Below, piece after piece: positions 26,023 through 32,339 of a stretch of 32,339 bases of DNA. Origin of the DNA: Pirellulales bacterium (GTDB lineage: Bacteria > Patescibacteriota > Patescibacteriia > JBDRGY01); NCBI GenBank assembly GCA_048633705.1, contig JAIWBS010000029.1, positions 1-32,339 on the forward strand, in the 5' to 3' direction. The position numbers and the translations under genes were made by a program. Below the pieces are notes generated by a model, which searched no databases, was not told the origin of the DNA, and saw only the letters and a program-made list of their open reading frames with translations. Within the stretch, counting starts at the first letter, position 1. Each line of letters starts with the position of its first letter.

Positions 26023-27444
26023 TCAATTAGTTTTTTCATCTCGTCTCAAAATTATATTTTGACAAGCGATTATCAGGCCAAATAAAAACCAGACATGCAT
26101 GATATAAAAAGTAGAAAAAGTCTGGTATTGAACCACCACTCCAATAAAGGCGCCCAATAAACCAATAATGATCGCTTTGAGAAAATTGTCCTTAGTCTTT
26201 TTGATGGCTTTAATTGATCTAACAAAAATAATTACTAAAATAACCAGTACGGATAAAAACCCCAATAAACCGGTTTCAGTTAATAATTCCAAGAATTCAT
26301 TATTTACTATCTGCCAGCCCCCCTCCGGCATAATATGGGTAAAAGTGGCCACATACGGACCAAAAGAGCCTGGCCCGATACCAAAAATCGGATTGTCAAC
26401 AAAGGCCTGGTAAGCTTTTTCAAAAGTGTCTATCCTTTCTACAAATGAAGGGCCGCTGAACACTCCGCTAACGTGCCGGGTAAAGGTTTCCCAGTTTAAG
26501 GCACCGCCGCCGATTTGTAAAAACTGTACTCCCAAATAATACAAAACCAATACAATAACTATAAACAGAACAATTTTCTTCCAAGTAAAAAAATTACGGA
26601 AATACAAAAAGGTAATAACTAAAAAGGCGGCCAGGAGAGCCAGATAACCGCCTCTGGAGATAGTTAAGAATAAATTTATACCTAAAAGCAAAATCAGAAT
26701 CACCATCAACCACTTTTTAGTCTGCCAAAAACGACTTAAAAATAACGCATAAATAACCGACAAAGGAATCAGTAAATAATTGGCAAAATACAGCGGTTCT
26801 AGGGCAGTTGATTGAATCCTGGTAAAACCCAAAACATCTTTGGTATAATGCTGTCTCAAACCAGTTATGGTATGAGGTAATCCCATCATATCTCCCATAA
26901 ATTGGTACAAACCAAAAATACTGACCAGAGTGGAGCTGACTAAAATAATAATAATTATCTTTTTCAATTTTGCTTTATCTGTTACTAGATTTGTTACCAG
27001 CCAAGCAGACAAGGCGGTGAAAGCGGTAACAGCTAAAACAAAAAATGAACGCAACAAGTTTTCGGCCCAAATCAAGCCGACAATATTCACCAGTATAAAT
27101 ACGGTCAGGGGAAGTAAAATGGGAAACTGCTTAAAAACTATTTTCTTTCTGACTAACATCTGCCAAAGCCAGGCGATTAAAGTAACTGCCAAAAAAACTT
27201 GCGATAATCTCAAAGTGCCCCAATCAGTCTCGTAAGCTCCTAGACGTTCAAGGGGCAAGAAAAAGGCTATTAATAAAATTCCCAAAAACGGTTTCTTGAA
27301 TATTTGCCAAATTAAAACCAAGGCCACTAAGCCACCTACTATCAAAAAACTCCGAGACACGGTAGACATAAAACCCAATAAGATAACCAAAAGAGTTGCA
27401 ATCAAGAAAAGCCAGTTATTATACTTTTTAGAATTATTATCCAT
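26023..27444 (-). CDS. O-antigen ligase / Wzy-like polytopic membrane protein (second paralogue)
   Basis: 473 aa, multi-TM, with a Wzy_C-like segment ...ISRGGYLALLAAFLVI.... It shares one nt with the upstream GT gene. Confidence 0.7.
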   Translation of the reverse strand: MDNNSKKYNNWLFLIATLLVILLGFMSTVSRSFLIVGGLVALVLIWQIFKKPFLGILLIAFFLPLERLGAYETDWGTLRLSQVFLAVTLIAWLWQMLVRKKIVFKQFPILLPLTVFILVNIVGLIWAENLLRSFFVLAVTAFTALSAWLVTNLVTDKAKLKKIIIIILVSSTLVSIFGLYQFMGDMMGLPHTITGLRQHYTKDVLGFTRIQSTALEPLYFANYLLIPLSVIYALFLSRFWQTKKWLMVILILLLGINLFLTISRGGYLALLAAFLVITFLYFRNFFTWKKIVLFIVIVLVLYYLGVQFLQIGGGALNWETFTRHVSGVFSGPSFVERIDTFEKAYQAFVDNPIFGIGPGSFGPYVATFTHIMPEGGWQIVNNEFLELLTETGLLGFLSVLVILVIIFVRSIKAIKKTKDNFLKAIIIGLLGAFIGVVVQYQTFSTFYIMHVWFLFGLIIACQNIILRRDEKTN

Positions 27445-28586
27445 TATTTCTTTATTTGACGAAAAAATAATTTATAATGCTCCTCAATCATGGTATCTAG
27501 GCTGAATAATTTCTCTGATTTTTTGCGACCGTTTCTGGCTGTCTCTTCGGCTAATCGATAATTTTTATAAACGTGGATTATCTTCTCACTTAAGGCCTTG
27601 TGGTCTCTGGGCTGAATCAAATACCCGGTTTTAGTGTCTTCAACAATTTCTCCTACTCCTCCAATTTGCGAAGCAATCACAGGCACCTCAAAGGATAGGG
27701 CTTCTACCAGGACAATACCAAAAGATTCTCGTATAGCCGAAGGTAAAACAAATAGGTCAAAAAGTGGATACCACTTGGCAATCGCTTTTTGGAATCCCAC
27801 AAATTGGGTAAGATGATCAATCTCCAGTTTTTTGGCCAACCATTCTAAATTATGTTTTAGGCTGCCATCACCGACTATTACCAAGGATAAATTTGGAATC
27901 AAAGGAAGGGCTAGTTTTACAGCCTGTAGTAAATATTCAATTCCTTTTTCTTTCTCCAATCGAGAAATGGTTCCTATTATAAATTTTTCCTGAAATTTCT
28001 TTTGAAAATTTCGTCTAATTATATCAAATTTTCCCAAATCAACTCCGGGGTAAATAACTTTTGTATTTTTTCCGGCCACGCCTAATTTGGCAAGTTGCTT
28101 ATTAACCGCTTGGGAAATAGGAATAATTGTAACAAAATTTGACTGCCAAACATATAAAAACCTCCATGGGTTTTTGGTTAACCAGCGGTCTAATAAATTA
28201 TGTTCCACCCAATATACTCTCATGCCTAACAACTTTGCCCCTAAACCAATCAGTAATTTTTCAGTCAAAGATTGGCAATAGACAATTTTAGTCTTTTTGA
28301 CGAGACGATAATAAAAAAGCAGCCAAGCCAACCGCAGACAAACAAAGGGGGCTAAAAAGGGAAAGGCTAAAACACTTCCTCTACTGACCGGTTCGATACC
28401 CGCCCAGACTTTTTGATAATGCCAACCTCTTTTTTTAAATTCTCTGATTAATACTGGGCAACTGGTCGCTAAATAAAAATTAAAACCGTGCGGTTGTAAG
28501 CCTCTGACCAAAGAGATAGTATGCCTTTCTCCACCGCCGAATGAAGAAGAGTAAGGAAATTTTAAAAGCAGAATATTAGTCATCAT
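27444..28586 (-). CDS. Family 4 (GT-B) glycosyltransferase
   Basis: The C-terminal Glycos_transf_1 pattern is present: EKGIEYLLQAV, LVIVGDGS, FVLPS..ESFGIVLVEALSFEVPVIAS..GG..EIV. Confidence 0.88.
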   Translation of the reverse strand: MMTNILLLKFPYSSSFGGGERHTISLVRGLQPHGFNFYLATSCPVLIREFKKRGWHYQKVWAGIEPVSRGSVLAFPFLAPFVCLRLAWLLFYYRLVKKTKIVYCQSLTEKLLIGLGAKLLGMRVYWVEHNLLDRWLTKNPWRFLYVWQSNFVTIIPISQAVNKQLAKLGVAGKNTKVIYPGVDLGKFDIIRRNFQKKFQEKFIIGTISRLEKEKGIEYLLQAVKLALPLIPNLSLVIVGDGSLKHNLEWLAKKLEIDHLTQFVGFQKAIAKWYPLFDLFVLPSAIRESFGIVLVEALSFEVPVIASQIGGVGEIVEDTKTGYLIQPRDHKALSEKIIHVYKNYRLAEETARNGRKKSEKLFSLDTMIEEHYKLFFRQIKK

Positions 28587-30004
28587 TGTCTAAATTTAAT
28601 AATCTCTAACACTGTTTCTTTGGTAAATCCTTTAAATATATAGAGAAAAAATAGATATATCGCCGACCCTAACATCAAAACGATTAGCCAATGCCAAGCA
28701 GGCAATAGAAATAAAGCTAAGGCAGTTAAACCAATCGCCGCTATTGCTTTACCCATGGTTTTCAATTCCAGCTTTATCTTACTATATTTCAAAACCATCC
28801 AAACACTACCCAAGCAAATAAGAATTTCGGAAACAACTGTCATCCAGGCCGCTCCAAAATAGGAAAAACGGGGAATAAAGATCAAATAACCAATCGCGGC
28901 AATTATAGCCACTCCGGCATAAATTTTGATCATTCTTTTTTGCTGACCAATGGCCACTACCGCATTGCCAAATAAGTTACCTACAAAAATCGAGGCAGCC
29001 GCAATTATCAGAATACGCAAAACCGGACCTGAGGCCACAAAATCCTGACCAGCGATCAAAACCATTACATCCTTGGCAATAAAGGCGGTTAGAACAATCA
29101 TGGGAAGGGCAAGCATGGCCATAAAATTAAAAGATTTGGTTAAAACTTTTTTAAAACGGTCTATATTCCTATCAGCATAAGCTTTAGCCAAAAAGGGAGT
29201 CACCAATCCGGCAAACATGGCTGGCAGAGTTATTAAAACTTCCAATATCTTGTAAGGGGCGCCGTATATTCCCACGTCGGCTGCTGGTTTAAATATGGAG
29301 AGTAATATAGTATCTGCTTTAAAATAAATCAAATTCAGGGCGATAGAAATGGCAATCGGCCAGCTCTCCTTCATTATCTGTTTCCAATACGAAAAATCGA
29401 ATTCTAAACGAAATTTTACGTGGCGGCGAGCCATTATCAAAGTAGTTAAGAAATTTACCATACTGCCCAAAACCACTGCCGCCAAGATCGCCAGGAGATT
29501 CATTTTCTGACTTATTGCCAAAAAAACTAAAAGCAGTAAAACTGCTTTGCCCAATACTTCAGCCAGGGCTACCAGATGCATCTTTAGCTTTTTTTGGAAC
29601 ACCCCTATCAAGACCTGATTTAAAGTAATGAACAAAATTGATAAGGTAGTAATCAATACTCCCCATTTTACAATAGACGGGTAAGGGAAAAATAAAATTA
29701 TGATCGGCGCTAAACCCAAGAAAAAAATGGCTGATATCAATCTTAAGGTAAAAATGTTCGATATCACTTTTGTTTCATCCGTCCCTGATTCAGAAATTTT
29801 CTTCAACAAAACAATATATAAACCCATGTCTACCAAAATGCCAAAAAATTGCAGATAAGCAATTACGGTAATATATTGACCATAACCTTCCTGACCTAAG
29901 TAACGGGTCATTAAAGCCACGGCTAAAATGCCTAAAATGGTAGATAACCCCTTGCCAATCATTTGGTACAAAGTGTTATGGGCGATTTTACGGGTTAATG
30001 ACAT
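28583..30004 (-). CDS. Polysaccharide/oligosaccharide flippase (Wzx, MOP superfamily)
   Basis: 473 aa with about 12-14 TM segments and N-terminal ...NTLYQMIGKGLSTILGILAVALMTRYLG, typical of polysaccharide biosynthesis protein flippases. It overlaps the GT gene by 4 nt. Confidence 0.8.
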   Translation of the reverse strand: MSLTRKIAHNTLYQMIGKGLSTILGILAVALMTRYLGQEGYGQYITVIAYLQFFGILVDMGLYIVLLKKISESGTDETKVISNIFTLRLISAIFFLGLAPIIILFFPYPSIVKWGVLITTLSILFITLNQVLIGVFQKKLKMHLVALAEVLGKAVLLLLVFLAISQKMNLLAILAAVVLGSMVNFLTTLIMARRHVKFRLEFDFSYWKQIMKESWPIAISIALNLIYFKADTILLSIFKPAADVGIYGAPYKILEVLITLPAMFAGLVTPFLAKAYADRNIDRFKKVLTKSFNFMAMLALPMIVLTAFIAKDVMVLIAGQDFVASGPVLRILIIAAASIFVGNLFGNAVVAIGQQKRMIKIYAGVAIIAAIGYLIFIPRFSYFGAAWMTVVSEILICLGSVWMVLKYSKIKLELKTMGKAIAAIGLTALALFLLPAWHWLIVLMLGSAIYLFFLYIFKGFTKETVLEIIKFRQ

Positions 30005-30082
30005 AAAAAAAGAAATTAGTTAATGTATCAATTTTATCAGATTTAACCTTATTTGAAAATGCTATTTCTGTTTAATTAAAGA

Positions 30083-30111
30083 TTGACTTTTTGGCTAAAA
30101 TATGCTAATAT
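30083..30111 (+). promoter_or_regulatory. Candidate sigma70 promoter for the SpoIID-domain gene
   Basis: TTGACT (30083-30088), a 17-nt spacer, then TAATAT (30106-30111), 66 nt upstream of the ATG at 30177. Confidence 0.5.
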
Positions 30112-30176
30112 AACTACAGAATTGAATATTCGGGGTGATAGCAAAAACGCGTCCATTTGGGGCGCTATTTTTATCT

Positions 30177-30284
30177 ATGAAAACCAAAAACAAAAGACTA
30201 AATTTATTTGCCCTACAGATTCTGCAAGTCTGTCTTTTGATCCTGATTGTCATGGCTTTGGCTGGACTATTAAGGTTAGTGTAA
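30177..30284 (+). CDS. 35-codon signal-anchor ORF, in frame with the downstream SpoIID ORF and ended by TAA
   Basis: It translates to MKTKNKRLNLFALQILQVCLLILIVMALAGLLRLV then TAA (30282-30284). The same reading frame stays open from 30285 through the annotated ATG at 30438. Confidence 0.5.
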   Translation: MKTKNKRLNLFALQILQVCLLILIVMALAGLLRLV

Positions 30285-30437
30285 ACTATTCTTACCAAGG
30301 AGCAGGTAATCGCTTTAGAGCCAACCCAATCAATCACTAACCATACTCAAATCGGCTATGTCGGCTACGGACCATATTTACCCCTACCTCAAAATAGCCG
30401 GTTTGTTGATCAGAAAACAGAACCTCAAGTTTTAGGC

Positions 30438-32120
30438 ATGACCTTTACCAGTTCTGTAACTGAAAGGCCTTTTTGGCAAGCCCAGAAGGTTGATCAACTA
30501 TCTCCCACTGTAAAAATCACCGCGGGTAAAAGTCTAACTTTTTGGGTTGACTTCAAAAATACCGGAACAACTAGCTGGCACAATGACGGTACCCATTTTA
30601 TCGCTCTAAATGTAGATGGGGCTAATAATACTCAAAGCCCTTATCGTCACGATTTCTGGATTGAAGATTACCGTCCCTGCAAAATGTCTAATCAGCAAGT
30701 TGATCCTGATGAAACTGCTCGTTTCCGTTTCGCTCTAACCGTGCCCGACCAACCCGGTTCCTACACAGCTGAATTTGGTCTGGTGGCCGAAAATTTGATC
30801 TGGATTCCTGGCGGTAAGATAAAATTACCAATCACTGTTTTGGAACCGCCTCCTGCCTGGCAAGCTGAACAAATTTCTAAGTCTTTTGAGGAAATCGAGA
30901 TAGCTCCGGGTGGGGCATTTACCTTTGAAGTGAAATTCAAAAATACCGGAACCGCCACTTGGCGCAATAACGATAATCATTTTATTGCCTTAAATGTGAC
31001 TGGTCCACCTGGCCGCCAAAGTGCCCTGCGACATGATTACTGGCCGGCTGATTATCGCCCCTGCGTTATGTTGACAGATCAAGTTGAACCTGGAAAAACT
31101 GGTCTATTTCGCTTTGCCCTCCAAGTACCGGATGAAGCTGGTTTTTATTTCGAAGAATTTAACTTGGTAGCTGAAAATCTGATTTGGATTCCCGGTGGTT
31201 ACCTGACCATACCAATTACTATCAAAAATCCCACCACTCCGGAAAATACCAACCCTGAGCAACAAGATATCAGAGTCGGCCTTTATAACACTGACGACTC
31301 AACTCAAATAACCGCCAACAAACAATACCAAATAACCAATAGCGATGGCCAAAGTTATGGCACGTTGGCTGGAGGGAAAGTTACCACTGTCAGTTTTGCT
31401 GATAACAAATATATTATAGAGCTTCCCGGCCCAGCCACACATACTTCTGACTATCCAGTAATTTTTTCACCGGTCAAAGTTGAAACGATTTTCGAAATTG
31501 TTAATTTTGACAATGCCACTGCCTGGAACAGTCAAATTAACGACAATCGCTACCGAGGAAAATTGGAAATTAACCATTCAGATACAACTAATAAAACTTG
31601 GTTAATAAACGAGCTGCCACTCGAACTCTATTTGCGCGGGGTGGCTGAATCTGGCAATGAGGATCCAGTCGAATACCATAAGGCCTTAATTATCGCTGAG
31701 CGAACCTATGCTCAATATCATATCAACACTGGTACCAAACACGCCGATGAGAATTTTACTGTTAATGCGACTAATGATCAGGTTTATCGAGGATATGGGT
31801 TTGAGGAGAGAGCCCATATAGTCGTCGCTATGGTGGAGGCCACCGAAGGTAAAATGATTACTTATGATGACGAGATTGTGGTCACCCCCTATTTCTCCAG
31901 CACCGACGGCCGAACCAGATCCTGGGAAGAAGTCTGGTCGGGCGATCCTAAACCCTGGCTGGTTTCTGTACCAGATCCGCACTGTGAAGATCGCGAATTA
32001 CACGGCCATGGGGTAGGTATGTCCGCCTACGGAGCCAGAGCCATGGCCGAAGAAGGATCAACTTATGCTGAAATTCTCCAATATTATTACACTGGTGTAA
32101 AAATCGAAGACTTTTATTAA
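30438..32120 (+). CDS. SpoIID/LytB-domain cell-wall protein with two N-terminal Ig-like (NBR1-like) repeats; as annotated it lacks a signal peptide
   Basis: There are two ~120-aa repeats carrying FKNTGT..W...HFIALNV...YRPC. The C-terminal SpoIID motifs are ELYLRGV.E, ALIIAERTYA, NDQVYRGYG and TPYFSSTDGRT. Confidence 0.85.
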   Translation: MTFTSSVTERPFWQAQKVDQLSPTVKITAGKSLTFWVDFKNTGTTSWHNDGTHFIALNVDGANNTQSPYRHDFWIEDYRPCKMSNQQVDPDETARFRFALTVPDQPGSYTAEFGLVAENLIWIPGGKIKLPITVLEPPPAWQAEQISKSFEEIEIAPGGAFTFEVKFKNTGTATWRNNDNHFIALNVTGPPGRQSALRHDYWPADYRPCVMLTDQVEPGKTGLFRFALQVPDEAGFYFEEFNLVAENLIWIPGGYLTIPITIKNPTTPENTNPEQQDIRVGLYNTDDSTQITANKQYQITNSDGQSYGTLAGGKVTTVSFADNKYIIELPGPATHTSDYPVIFSPVKVETIFEIVNFDNATAWNSQINDNRYRGKLEINHSDTTNKTWLINELPLELYLRGVAESGNEDPVEYHKALIIAERTYAQYHINTGTKHADENFTVNATNDQVYRGYGFEERAHIVVAMVEATEGKMITYDDEIVVTPYFSSTDGRTRSWEEVWSGDPKPWLVSVPDPHCEDRELHGHGVGMSAYGARAMAEEGSTYAEILQYYYTGVKIEDFY

Positions 32121-32132
32121 TTTTAAATAATC

Positions 32133-32205
32133 GTAATGGGTAACGCGTAACGAGTAATGTGAATTCTTTATTTATTCGCATTACGCATTACTTATTACGC
32201 ATTAC
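32133..32205. terminator. Long imperfect hairpin built from inverted heptamer repeats, between convergent genes
   Basis: The left arm has 4 units of GTAAYGN (gtaatgg gtaacgc gtaacga gtaatgt). The right arm is the inverted set (cattacg cattact tattacg cattact). About 28 of 37 positions pair by hand count. It overlaps the queA stop codon. Confidence 0.45.
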
Positions 32206-32339
32206 TTAATAAACATGGCGTCACCGAATGAATAAAACCGGTATTTTTTTCTAACAGCAATTTTATAACAATTTTGGATAAACTGGCTGCCGGCTAAAGC
32301 CGATACCAACATCAATAAAGTGGACTTGGGTAAATGAAA
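32202..32339 (-). CDS. queA: S-adenosylmethionine:tRNA ribosyltransferase-isomerase QueA, C-terminal 45 codons (5' part lies outside the window)
   Basis: The minus-strand translation [45 protein letters not shown] contains the [13 protein letters not shown] and YRF.S.GDAM motifs of the QueA C-terminus. Confidence 0.75.
   Translation of the reverse strand, partial: FHLPKSTLLMLVSALAGSQFIQNCYKIAVRKKYRFYSFGDAMFIK

Overview
This is a low-GC bacterial chromosomal segment made up almost entirely of housekeeping genes. The organism may be a CPR/Patescibacteria-type bacterium. That is an inference from the unlinked 16S, compact genes and Lys/Glu-rich tails on ribosomal proteins, and it cannot be verified without a database search.

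Minus strand, 1-15.6 kb: tRNA-Leu, a coiled-coil hypothetical protein, an alkyltransferase-like (ATL) protein, tRNA-Pro, a MazG-like NTP pyrophosphohydrolase, tRNA-Phe, tRNA-Ile(GAT), a normal-length 16S rRNA, trmD, a KH-domain protein, rpsP, smc, a DUF456-like membrane protein, rnc, nusB, rpmF, gyrA, an MBL-fold hydrolase and two hypothetical proteins.

Plus strand, 15.7-22.2 kb: rpsA, ftsH, a membrane protein, an RluA-family pseudouridine synthase, rplS and five tRNAs.

22.3-32.3 kb is a cell-envelope block:
- an Amidase_2 cell-wall amidase with Ig-like repeats;
- an operon of flippase, GT4 glycosyltransferase and two O-antigen-ligase-like membrane proteins;
- a SpoIID-domain protein carrying the same Ig-like repeats;
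- the 3' end of queA.

I see no CRISPR array, transposase, integrase, reverse transcriptase or recognisable defence system.

The unusual content is at the RNA level:
1. A tRNA-Ala-like gene is split in its anticodon loop by a 149-nt insert. The insert carries an intact tRNA-Ala held in a perfect 14-bp leader/trailer helix.
2. Four 'tRNA 3'-half-like' modules share the pattern AGGTS, a 7-bp CCCGC/GCGGG hairpin, 7 nt, then ACCA. Each sits just downstream of a real tRNA, and three of the four mimic that tRNA's 3' end.
3. Small CDSs are packed between tRNAs with 0-9 nt spacers.

Secondary oddities:
- rpsP and rpsA share a near-identical ~96-nt tail-coding module;
- the SMC homologue has no visible hinge;
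- an in-frame TAA separates the signal anchor from the body of the SpoIID gene;
- a GC-rich islet carries a small acidic ORF.

All functional interpretations of the RNA elements are hypotheses.
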